DNA of 64,000 bases from Lytechinus pictus (taxonomy: Eukaryota), in NCBI RefSeq assembly GCF_037042905.1, contig NC_087263.1, positions 15,068,001 to 15,132,000 on the forward strand. The letters run 5' to 3'. The translations under genes were made by a program, and so were the position numbers. Below the pieces are notes generated by a model that worked only from the letters and a program-made list of their open reading frames with translations, had not been told where the DNA came from and did no database searches. Positions 41,034 through 52,899 of this stretch are shown piece by piece. Every line of letters starts with the position of its first letter. Within the stretch, counting starts at the first letter, position 1.

Positions 41034-42691
41034 CATACCTGCCAACCTTTGATAATAAAAAATCAGTATCAAAGCTACGACGGCACCGAGCGGGTGTCCG
41101 GCCCTCTCCAACGGTAAGGACTCTTTGCATTTACACCATGTAAAAGTAGCATTTCCCTACACCTTTTAAAGCAAATTTACCCTCATTACTACACCAGAGG
41201 ATGACCTACATGTAGTCGACCTTAATTTATCAATTACAAATTTAGAAAAGGTATGTAAAATATCACTTTTGTGACAAAAACCCACCTAATTTCATTCAGG
41301 TGTGATTTGTTTTCATCTAAATCTGTGAGGAATAATTTTTCTTGTTCACCAGATCTCTCAAAAACTTTAATTTTAAGCATATTTTTGTGAGGCCCTCTAT
41401 TGGTGGAAAGAGATTGATGCAGATTCTCTTTTCAATTAGAAAAAAAATTATTTCAAGAATTCAATTGAATTTTGGGCCAGGGCATATTTTTTATGATAAA
41501 TTTAGATTTAAGTTAGCCCTACTTTATTAAAAATTGATGTGCCAAAAAATCAAACATCTATTTATCCAACCTATATCATCAATGCAATCATGCATCAAGT
41601 CAAGAGGAAATAAGCCAAACATTGACAATCTTATTTCACCACACAGGGGTTACTGACCGAGGACAAGGTTCTATCATAAACTACAATGGATAAGTGTTTG
41701 TTGGTATAAGAAAGCAGATTTTCAACCATGTTAAAAACGGAGCTGAAACTAACGGCTGCATGCGCCCGACCCGCACCCACCACAGCACTTGCGGTGCGCC
41801 GGCGAGACGGGAAGGCTGAGGCGCAGCAACTCGGCGGGCGCCGGGAGTTTAGGCTAGCGAAGCAAGTAGATTTGGTGTTTGACTTCGAAGGCTAAATTGA
41901 GATCAAAAGTTGAAAATCTCCTTTCTTCCTCGAAAATTTGACAATTATTTGAGAAAATAAAGTACAGATCAATGTTAAAATTGCGTTGGGATAGATCTAA
42001 AAGTTAGAGTAACTGCGTCGGTGTGCGGCCATTACTTCAGTTCAGCGCAGCCCAGCAGACAAGCAATATACCACTGAAATCACCAACACACTCTAGACAT
42101 GTACACTACACATTCTCTAACTCACTCCCACACTACAAAATCATCTGGCGACATGGGCAATACTTCAAATAAAGTGATTTCTTCTTACCTAAATCACCAT
42201 ATTTCGCATAAAAAATATCACCATCGGTGATTCTTAACATCGTAGTTAGGAAACAAGGGGTCTAAAAAAGTGAAATTTTCACGGTTTTTCCGATGTTCGT
42301 GGATTGTGAAAACATGTCCTCACTAAAAACTGGCACTTTCGCGAGCCGATATCAGCCGCCATTTTTTTCCGGAAGTCAACGATAACATCGAAGAATAGCG
42401 TGTACGCTCGTTATTTTCACATGCATTTGCAATGGAACTGCGCACTTAGCAGTGTTTGCGCGCCGTTTACTGTGTATTTGCGTAGCCGTGCACTCCAGTC
42501 GTTTATGCGTTAGTCGCATCTTACAGCCGTGCATGCGTTAGTCGCATCATACAGCCGTTTCAATAATTTCAACACTAAATTGATTACCGGGTAACCCAAA
42601 AATCAGAATTTTGGTTTTAAAATTCGGAATTCGGAATGGAGGTCCAAAAATCGGTATAATTCCGCCAAAATCGGAATGGTTGGCAGGTATG
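41034..42691. mobile_element. Non-autonomous DNA transposon (hAT-like), 14-bp TIRs
   Basis: TIRs CATACCTGCCAACC / GGTTGGCAGGTATG, flanked by CAATAG on both sides (41028-41033, 42692-42697). Subterminal aaaatc(a/g)g(t/a)at motifs. Confidence 0.85.
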
Positions 42692-43888
42692 CAATAGGTT
42701 TAATGTTAAATACAACATAAGAATAGATGAGCCTGAAGGTTAATACTGAATCCCTTTAAAGACATTACAAGATTGATGAAGGCACTAGGCATCATTACCA
42801 AGATTACCAGGAACCCAGGGCATTTTCACAAAGCAACTTGTCAATAACTCTTTACTACTGACTGTTAGAAAGCTGATGGAATCCTGGTAGCTGAATGGCT
42901 AAGAGCAGATTTGTCATAGGAAATCACTAATAAGACTTATTTTGTGAAAGGCTCCCTTGAGAAAGATTGATCGCCACCCTGCATAAAAAGAGTCTTCTTT
43001 CCTTATTGCGGGGTAATAAAATAAGAGGGTCCAAAGAGGTAGAATGGCAAAGGTAGAGATCATTAAGCGTTGGATCAGTAGATAAAAAGAGACATCGTGT
43101 TTAAACTTTAAGTATTTTCTTACAGAGATTCATTGACTTGAGGAGAGTCTTCATATACTCATCCTAAAATGTTGAAATAGCTTTATGGACGATTTTAGAT
43201 TAAAGTTTTTGTTTTTACAGTCTGCCTTTTATTTTTACTTTTCCTTTAAAAAAAAATACTCTGTACATGCCAAGCGTAAAAGAGATTAGTAGAAATTATT
43301 TCACCCCAGCCCCCCTGAATCTACAACATTGGATAAGCTTTAATATTTCAATGACTGGTGATATAGCCCTGTCTTACAAAGAGTTACGATTGATTTAATC
43401 AATTGTACAATGTATCTCTATGGAAATCAATCAGTGTCATAATTTTTTTCTACATGAAATTTGCAAAATGTCCTTTGTAAACAAAGGAGAACACACCAAA
43501 TAGTCAAGAAATCAATGAATTTATGACTATACATCATATATTTAGAACATTTTTCGAACAGACATGCATTTTATATGTTGATTTTGCTGGCTTTCCATAG
43601 TTGCGATTGATCGGATCAATCGCAACTCTTTGTAAGATGGGGCCCAGGGCTCCTGTTTGAATTTCCAGTACTCTTAACATGTTATTTTCTTTTCCTACTT
43701 CCAGTCTTACCTGTTTTTAACGGTGATCAAAAGACCATCATACTTATTTTTTTTTAATCTCTATTTATTTTTCATTGTTTGACAAAAGGGTCTACTGTAT
43801 GTACGCAGACTATCCTAGAGCACATGCACAGGGATCCACTGTTGTTGTTTTTTTGTTTGGTACTCCTCTAAACATCAAAGTAACTTAC

Positions 43889-44006
43889 TGACAGCATCGA
43901 TGACATGGGACAAGAGAACTCCATTGGCGATATCGACCTGGAGATCGGCGATAACGTTGGTGTTCCCGGCCTTCTCTAAGAAGTGGTTGGCCCAGTCAGT
44001 GTAGAT
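43889..44006 (-). CDS. NAV: Neuron navigator CH-domain exon 1 (IYTDWANHFLEKAGNTNVIADLQVDIANGVLLSHVIDAV)
   Basis: Translation matches the NAV/UNC-53 CH-domain start IYTDWANH. Acceptor is ttttcctctgtccag and donor is gtaagt. 118 nt, phase 0 to 1. Confidence 0.95.
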
Positions 44007-45708
44007 CTGGACAGAGGAAAAAAAAATTGGAAAGAAGCTAAAAGTTAGACGATTTGAATTCATGTGGCATGACTCACGCATTAAAGGTAAAAGAAAGCAG
44101 GTGCAGCAAGCAATTATTTCATGAGAAAGTCTTTGAAATCAAGGTCGAATGCTCCCATATTATCATAGATCTAGTTCTAAGACATTGAAATAAACTTGTC
44201 TTTGTGAAATCATGAAACTCAAAAAGGCATATGTGGGACAATGCATTAATATTGTTTGGGAAAAAAACCCCGACATATTATGGAATTTGCTCATTTCTTG
44301 GCAATTACACATTTTTTTCAACAGCCATTTGGCACATATTTTTGATTTATACATACAAACACTTGGGCAGTCATTTTATTGGACTCTGTCTCAACTCATT
44401 TTGAGATCATTACCACAACAGATGATGAAAAATCATACCACACTCTGAATTTCACCACATATTTGAGCATTAAACAATAAATACAATTTATTTTTTGACA
44501 CAGACAAAGTAAATTTTAAGCTCTAAATCTGCCTTATTACAGATTGTAAAAAACTTCATAACATTTCTATGTCAAAACTCTTTTAACTCCTTTCCGTAAT
44601 CGAAATTTTGCTAAGTCACAAATATATTTCAACCATGAAAGTGTTACAAGAACATACACACAATTATACAGGCAATTGAATTTTAAGCTCTAAATCTGCC
44701 TAATACCTCATAACATTTGTATGTTGAGTCTATTTTTTACTCCGTTCATCATTTCTCTAAAGTTTACTCAGTCACAAATCATTTCAACCATGAAAGTGTG
44801 AGAGGAACATGTATATGTATACACTTTAAACTCTACACAGACAAATGCGTTTTAAGCTCTGAATTTGTGTTATCATCTACTAACAGTGTATACTTTACCC
44901 CTCTCAATAACAGTTAAGTATACGTTGAAACTTGTTTCCCCCTTTCATTAATTCTCACAGAGTTTAAGCCACAAATTTCAACCATAAAAGTGTCGGAGGA
45001 ACATACACTTAACACATTTACAAAGACTAATGCCTTTTCAGCTATAAATATAAATTTATTATCATCTATTTGTATCTACAATATTCACGCCACCTCATGA
45101 CTGCGAAGCTCTTTCAATAAAATTTCTTCATTCCCAGTACCCTTTGAGTAGATCTATTAGTTTATCAACTCTTAAATCAATTTCAACTAGCTTGAGAGCC
45201 AGAAGGGTACATATAAACTCCAGCAATACACCCTTTGCATGGACTAAACTCCTTTTTAGCGCCAAAGATGTATTATCATCCATTCACATCTGGAGTTATG
45301 CCCTGCGCTGCTTAGATACGCTGGAGCTCCGAAGATCCGTCCATCAAGTTGTCCCCTCACTAGGTTAGGAAATGAAATATTGATCTATACTGGTTGTTTG
45401 TTTAGCACTTTGGCAGTGACAATGAAAAGAGTGATTATTTATGGCCTTGCTTTCGTCAGCTGATGAAGAAAAAAATACTCACTGGCAAACACTGTTTCAT
45501 TTTGTTTTATGAATGGAGCTATGGTTAAAGATTTAGTTTGGATTCGAAATCCAGTTCTGGTAAGATCTCCCCATAAGAAAGTTGAACAAAGTTTATTGTT
45601 TTTAGCTATTGAGTAGCAAGAAAAAGGCAAAACTAAAAATAAGATATGTGAAGTTTTGTCCTCTTCAAGATGAATGACAAGCAATCGAGAGGTGACAATA
45701 GGCAATGT

Positions 45709-46000
45709 GTGGGCGCGTCGTGGTCTAGTGGTTCTAGCTCTCGCCTATCAAACAGAGGGTTGTGGGTTCAAATCCTAGCCATGGCGTGTTTTCCTTCAGC
45801 AAGAAATTTATACACACTGTGCTGCACTCGACCCAGGTGAGGTGAATGGGTACCCAGCAGAATCAATTCCTTGAATGCACGAGCGCTGAAAGGCAGCTCA
45901 AGCTAAGGCTGGGGTAATAATAATAATAACAATGTGCCTAGGAATATATTTTTTTCTAGATAGATGGCGCTATACAAATGCCTAATTATAATTACTATTA
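45709..46000 (+). mobile_element. tRNA-derived SINE
   Basis: TGGTCTAGTGG / GGTTCAAATCC boxes, shared central domain and a TAT tail. Confidence 0.85.
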
Positions 46001-46306
46001 ATAGGCTAAACCTACAAAACATGTATTCTATGGGGAAGTGAAAGATGTGAAAATACAGGGTTGCAAACAGCAAATTTGTAGAAAAAGGGGGGGGGGGGCC
46101 ACACAGATGACAATTTTATTAAATTTTGTTATATTGCACAAAATTGGTAAATTTGGTGGAATTTTGATTTTTAGGTCGGAAGGGCCCATTGTGCTCCCAC
46201 CCTGTATCACCACAGTATAACGTTGCCTTCAAAGAGCCCCCATCTTCCTCCACTCCCCCATTTATTCCTATACATACTTCAGTACAGAAGTCACCCAGAT
46301 CTTTAA

Positions 46307-47850
46307 AGGAGAATGAAACCCTTGAAACCAGCTGAATCCATATCAAAGAGAACAAGTGGAATGCCTCTGGCCGTCTCACCTGCATCACGCGATTCAATAT
46401 AGCAGCAGTGCTGATTTTGAAAACTACTATAACTCGCACAAGATGTTCAGTGATACTTGGTTACTCTTATTTCCACGTTTTATGAACTAGACCAATACAC
46501 TTTAATAGAGATATGATGGCAATTCAACAAATACCCCCAACGTGGCCAAAGTTCTTTGACCTTAACATGACCTTTGACCTTGATCATGTGACCTGAAACT
46601 TGCACAGGATGTTCAGTGATACTTGATTACTATTATGTCCAAGTTTTATGAACTAGACCAACACACTTTCAAATTTATGGCTGTAATTCAACAAATACCC
46701 CAATTTGGCCAAAGTTCATTGACCCTAAATGACCTTTGATCTTGATCATGTGACCTGAAACTTGCACAGGATGTTCAGTAATACTTGATTACTATTATGT
46801 CCAAGTTTCATGAATCAGATCCATAAACTTTCAAAGTTATGATGGTAATTCAACAGATACCCCCAATTCGGCCAAAGTTCATTGACCCTAAATGACCTTT
46901 GACCTTGGTCATGTGATGTGAAACTCAAGCAGGATGTTCATTGATACTTGATTAACCTTATGTATAAGTTTCATGAACTAGGTCCATATATTTTCTAAGT
47001 TATGATGACATTTCAAAAACTTAACCTTAGGTTAAGATTTTGATGTTGATTCCCCCAACATGGTCTAAGTTCATTGACCCTAAATGACCTTTGACCTTGG
47101 TCATGTGACATGGAACTCAGGCAGGATGTTCAGTAATACTTGATTAACCTTATGGCCAAGTTTCATGAACTAGGTCCATATACTTTCTAAGTTATGCTGT
47201 CATTTCAAAAACTTAACCTCAGGTTAAGATTTGGTGTTGACGCCGTCGCCGTCGCCGCCGCCGTCGGAAAAGCGGCGCCTATAGTCTCACTCTGCTATGC
47301 AGGTGAGACAAAAATCAAAGAAACATATTGTTGAAAGTTTGAGGAAGATTGAATGAATAATAAGAAAGTTATGAGCATTTGAATATTGAGATCACTAATG
47401 CTATGTAGATCCTCCCATTGGCAATGCGACCAAGATCTGTGATGTCACACACGTACAACTCCCTCATTACTTTAGAACTGTATTTCACTTATATTCTCAC
47501 TTTTATAGAGTCTATCACAAGGTGAGGTGTTCTTTTTATGAGAGGACAAGTACAGAGGTTTCACAACATTATATCATTGATGAATCGTTTGTCATATGAT
47601 TCGAATGAGCAAAAAGAGATGTTTTGGGGTATATTTTCAGTGTCCAAAAGGGGAGAGTTGTTCATCTGTGACATCATAGATCTTGGTGGCATTGCCAATA
47701 GGAGGATCTCCATAGCATTAGTGATCTCGACATTCAAATGCTCATAACTCTTCTATTGCTAGTCCTATTTTACTCAAACTTTTGTTGATCTTATTCTTTG
47801 ATTTTTCTGCTTTCACAAAAGCTAACTTGCTCCAAGAGTTTCATTCTCCT
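46307..47850. mobile_element. TTAA-flanked MITE, family 3, interrupted by a HINE-like element
   Basis: TIR AGGAGAATGAAAC / GTTTCATTCTCCT with TTAA flanks. A partial relative ends near 33385. Confidence 0.8.
46351..47311. mobile_element. Helentron/HINE-like non-autonomous element with internal ~162-192-bp tandem array
   Basis: Starts AACAAG. Has a 13-bp subterminal inverted repeat GTCTCACCTGCAT / ATGCAGGTGAGAC, a 3' hairpin, a GCC/GTC microsatellite and ~5 tandem units. Inserted in an A-run without an obvious TSD. Confidence 0.75.
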
Positions 47851-50454
47851 TTAAGAAACCATGAGTTAGCATAATCTATCCATCAGCATGCCTGTCAATA
47901 TCCATTGATCAATTAATTTCTCCAATACCTCCTCATCCCCCATCAAACTCACAAAGTCAACCTCATTCCCACGATAAGTGTTTGCGGAAAGCACACAATT
48001 TACGCTGGTTGTATCCACATTTATGGCTTTTTTGGGGGGGAAAATAACTCTTGAGTAATAAGTCAAATATTTTACTTTTGACAAGCTGGACCATGAATGA
48101 GGTCCATTATTATGTTTAGTGTTTTTAGGTAGTAGACATCATTTCCATTAAATTCATCTAATTTTTTAGAAGCCTTTGGTCCTAACAAGTGTTGGGGGAT
48201 GGACATAATTTGAATAACCTATTTCTCTTTTTCTTTTTTTTTTCAGAGAACTGTCGATGGAAAGCGCTTCCAGAAGTTTTTTACTCCTGACAAGATTGTC
48301 CAGGAACGCCTGTGTCGACAACATTTCTATTCCTATTCGTTCTTGATAACATTCACCTTTTGAAATAAAACGAGGCCACAGTCATTGTGTGAATTTAAAT
48401 TCATTGAATCTGTATTATAAACAAGAAGAGATGGATGGAGGCCCAGAGAGCACAGATTTCAAATCGTTACTTTCAAGGAAATAAATACAGATCAACTGAC
48501 TTGAAACTAAAGCTACGTTTTAGGTACACGTACACTGTAGAGGCTTTTCAGACGAGTGTTTCTTGCATCAATTTGATCATACACGTGATGGCTCTCGCCA
48601 TACAGTTTTGGGTAATCATGACAATATTTATTGGATTTATATTGCACTTGTCCAGCAAAGAAAAAACAATTCTTTAAGGCAGAGTTAAGATTATTGCTTG
48701 TTGAACAAGTCAGCAAAGATCAAGTGAAAACTTATCATAAATTTGGAAGGAGTTTGTTCCAAAGATGTGGAGCAAGAGGATAGGGGTAGGGAGACAGTCT
48801 CATAACCCTTTATCAACTCGACAATCGTTAAACATACAGTAAGTTTCAACACGACACAATCACAAATACAGGGGGATACGATTGTAGATGACAATTCAGA
48901 CACTTGAATCGAGCTCGCTATTTTCACAAGCTAAAACAAAAAAAAATCATGAATGTATTGTTAAAAAAAATATTCACTTGTTTTTTCCAGCTTTACATGT
49001 ACACAGAAATTTAAGCATGCTTCAAGCTAGTAACTAGCTAGCAAGTAGCTGATGGCTTACCTAATACTGTAAGCAATTACAAGCTAGAAAACGGTATTTC
49101 TGATAGGACTTTTCATAACACACTGAATGTTATATCAGGTTTTAGGCATGGAAGAGATCGAGGCGTCTTTAAAATCTGTGTGAAAGTTCTTTGGAGAAGA
49201 TGTACAATCCCTCAAAAGGTCATGGTTTAAATTTGTCAAGAGACATCAAGTTTGGCTAATGCTGCCTCGAGGCAATCAAATCTTCACCGGATCTCACGCA
49301 AATTGGATTTATGGTTCAGTGGTTGTGTATGAGTGACTTGTGAGCCAGAAGATACAAGGTTCAAACAGTTAATTTATATGAAAAGAGTACTTACAAACAG
49401 TGCTGAAAACTTCTGGAAAAATCAGATATTCAGCAGATTACTTTTGTCAAAGCTACAAGGATTTCACACCAGAATGGAGACATACATCAGATTCGGAACT
49501 CAGCTTGGTCCTGTAAAATCTGAAGTTGGCCATATCACATATTGAAAACTTACTTTTAATACTCTTAACTTTACCTGATACTATGAATCCAAAGATGGCA
49601 AAGTTTGTAGAGTGATCCAAGTACACAACATCATGAGAGAAAATTGCAAGTAATCCATTTTAAATCCATAAACACAGAGAACTACAGGCAAAGGTAGCTC
49701 TTCAAGGAACAGATACATGTAGTTGGTCAGGGCAAGAAAACACTTCCCTTCCTGGAATTCTCCACTAAAATAATCACAACTGCAGTTACCAAGAACTTGA
49801 TGGGTACGACAGAATTTCAGTTGGACTATTCACATTGATGGCTCTCATCAGACAATTTTATGATACCTCTGCTTGTCCTGGAGATCGAATGATGTCTATG
49901 TTTGTCCATTGGGACAGATCTTCTTTCTTCCCATCAAGGTTGATCCCAGTAAAGCCATTGGTGCGGTGAAGACACAATAGGCGCAACACATTGAATGTTG
50001 ACAAAGGAGCTTGAGGACATACCCTCATAAGTTCAAGTGTAAGTCCCTCTGTCAACAAGGACAAGTCCATAATCAATAGGACTCAGACCATAGTGTCAAT
50101 AGGACCAAGTCATTTGGTCAATAGGACTTGGACCCACAATAGTATTCCCTTTGTTGATGGGGCTAGATAGGCCTAGATCTGATGATCTAGCTATTGCTGG
50201 GTTTGTTTGGTGTTTGGTGACTAGTCTGGGTGCAGGGAACTATAGGAGAGTGTGTAGTTCTAACATAAATTGCAAGCTATACTTTGAATAAAATTTCAGC
50301 CAGTTTAAGTCACAATTTTCGGCAAGAATCTTGCATTGATTTTGTATTTTAACACGTTCCTTCTGAATTTCCAATTTCTGAATAAAGAAATCTGTTGGGG
50401 ACTCGGAGAGCTGCTTCATGTGGAATCACCCATGGACTATAAAACTTTTGTTAA

Positions 50455-50948
50455 AGGGGAAGTTCACCCTGAAGAAAACTTTGTTGTAAAAATCGCAGAA
50501 AAAATAATAAAAAATATTGGTGAAGGTTTGAGAAAAATCCGTTAAAGAGTAAGAAAGTTATTAGAGTTCAAAGTTTTGGATTTGTCATAAACGAGCAGCT
50601 GCCCCATGTGTTATGTAATATAAAATTCATGAATTTCAAATTTTGTATAGTTCCTGATGACTTAATTTTGTTTTCTATTTATGATTGGGTGTAAAATGAT
50701 TTGTCTATTGATATACAAAAGGTACAGAGAAAACCATTTTCAATTTTCTGAGAAAATGACATTTCATTGACTTTTTACCATTCGGTATTGTAGGAATGCT
50801 GCTCGCATATGACGTCACAAATCAAATAATTGAAATTCTAATAACTTTTTAATTATTTGATGATTTTTTTCTCAAACCTTCGGCAATATTTTTTATTATT
50901 TTTTCTGCTATTTTTACAATAAACTTTTTGTCGGGGTGAACTTCCCCT
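50455..50948. mobile_element. TTAA-flanked MITE (Kolobok-like), family 2
   Basis: TIR AGGGGAAGTTCACCC / GGGTGAACTTCCCCT with TTAA on both sides. Second copy at 56034-56510. Confidence 0.85.
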
Positions 50949-51581
50949 TTAAAAGCTCCTAATTTTTTATTCAGATATTAAATATTTATGCTATAAAAGT
51001 CACATTTGAGCATTAATTTAGCATTTGGGAATATGAGTTTCATGAAACAAAATGAACAGCTGAGTTTCATGTAAACTAAACCCCTGCACTTTGTTGGGAG
51101 ATATCAAAAGCGGTGATGATTTTCATGAACAAAAAACAAATACACCATCAACTTTGTTAGCTTTGCAAAATGGCAATGCCAAACTGTTGCACACCTGATT
51201 ACATGTCTTATTATCATAATGATCTGTATCATTTTACTTCTTACATTATTTTCCAGCTTTCAGGCACAATTTTCATTTAGTGAGCTTGAATAATGGATTT
51301 TTTTAAAGTATACACACAAAGAAAATTCACGAAAGTGATGATTATAGACAAATTATATATGAATGGAAAGGTCTTGTCTTTTTATACACAAATATGTCAC
51401 TAAAAAGTCTTATCGATGTCGTGGAAATGCAAGAAATGAAATTATTAGAGACCATTCTAAGCCCCCCAGCCGCCCCCCAGACCGACAGTTCACGCAGTGA
51501 AAACAGTCGAGAATAATGACGTCACACAATAATCGAGCTCATCATCCCTCTGTGCATAATACACTGAATCACCTTACTGAC

Positions 51582-51629
51582 CTCTTCAATATCTTCCGAA
51601 TTTACCGTTTTCTTCATGTAATGTGACAT
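51582..51629 (-). CDS. Candidate short first coding exon (MSHYMKKTVNSEDIEE) spliceable in frame to the CH exon
   Basis: ATG preceded by an in-frame stop, 16 codons, GAG/gtcagt donor in phase 0 matching exon 43889-44006. It lies inside a putative transposon, so it may instead be an element gene remnant. Confidence 0.4.
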
Positions 51630-52003
51630 CCGAATTCTGTTTTCGACAACTTCAGACTATAAGGGAACCAGAACTGTGTTATTTTGCCCGTTTTTTATTG
51701 AATTGTGAACTGGAAAGATCGATTTTGTCCACTCGACAGTCTTCGTTGTGTTGCTCTACTAACTATTGAAAAACTCCAAGCTGCACGGTCCCATTCACTT
51801 GCTCCCGATGCATGTTGCAGGCTACGCTGTTTGATCCAGTCAAAAGTCAAGGTAAGCATGTTTGGAAACTGTACTTGTTCTGACGATGCATTCAGGTCAG
51901 ATGACAGATACAGATCTGATATAAGTTTAGAATCATGCATTTTGGCATAACTACTATTAAAATTAAAAAGTTTTTATTTTAGAAATAATGTTTTTGTACA
52001 ATT

Positions 52004-52619
52004 CCACCCAAGGCAAGGGTTCATTACATGCCGCCACGCACAGAAAAATCAAGCCATAGAAGTCGTGTGTTGTGGACCCAAGAAGTGAGATCCCAGACGC
52101 CTCCAGGCTAAGCACGCGCGACCCACTAGTTAGAAATCCACTGCCAAACGCGGTTCGTGGTGCGGGGTTAGTATACTTAATACGTGTGAGTGGCACAATT
52201 CCAGCAGATTTTTTCTTCAGATTTCTAAAACTGGTCAGGACTCAGGCAGGCAATTAAATTATTTAGGAGCACTGAGTGGTATGGACCATGGCTGAAAATC
52301 TGCTGTTTCAGAGGAATGTTTAAGTTTTTATTATACACAGAATTATATCACCATGATGCCGATGTCATGAAGCCAGACAAATTTTCAGCAGTGATTACCC
52401 TGATTCCTGGCCAAAATCACTCACACGTATTGCGAGGTTAGTATTAGTATACTACTAGTACGTATTGCGAGGTTAGTATTAGTATACTAACCACGAACCG
52501 CGTTTGGCAGTGGATTTCTAACTAGTGGGTCGCGCGTGCTGGGATCTCACTTCTTGGGTCCACGACTTCTATTGCTTGAATTTTCTGTGCGCGGCGGCAT
52601 GTAATGAACCCTTGGGTGG
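52004..52619. mobile_element. Foldback element with ~130-170-bp GC-rich inverted arms
   Basis: CCACCCAAGG..GGTTCATTACATGCCGCC...CGCGACCCACTAGTTAGAAATCCACTGCCAAACGCGGTTCGTGG is mirrored at 52482-52619. Confidence 0.85.
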
Positions 52620-52742
52620 GCCAAAATTAGAGTCTGGTGTTTCTTTCTGATTAGAGTGTTGCTGCATATATGTATGCGTAATGCCTTCAACAATGAAGAT
52701 AAATGCAATCTTTGTAATGACACAGAGACTCAGAGAGCACCG

Positions 52743-52899
52743 TACCTCAAGTGATGTTCGTGTAGTCTCCACTTCACTACTGGAGTACTGCTACAGCCTA
52801 CACTACGCTACACACTTACCCGGGTAGGTGTGGCGTACATGTACGGTAGTGTAGCGGTAGTGAAGTGGAGTGGGGCCTACACAAACATCACTTGAGGTA
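52743..52899. mobile_element. Palindromic MITE with probable 8-bp TSD
   Basis: TACCTCAAGTGATGTT / AACATCACTTGAGGTA ends, centre TACCCGGGTA, flanks GAGCACCG / GAGCACCA. Confidence 0.8.

Noticed and set aside
46440..47230. Regularly spaced repeats resembling a CRISPR array
   Set aside because: Whole units are homologous (no unique spacers), the context is eukaryotic, and there are no cas genes.
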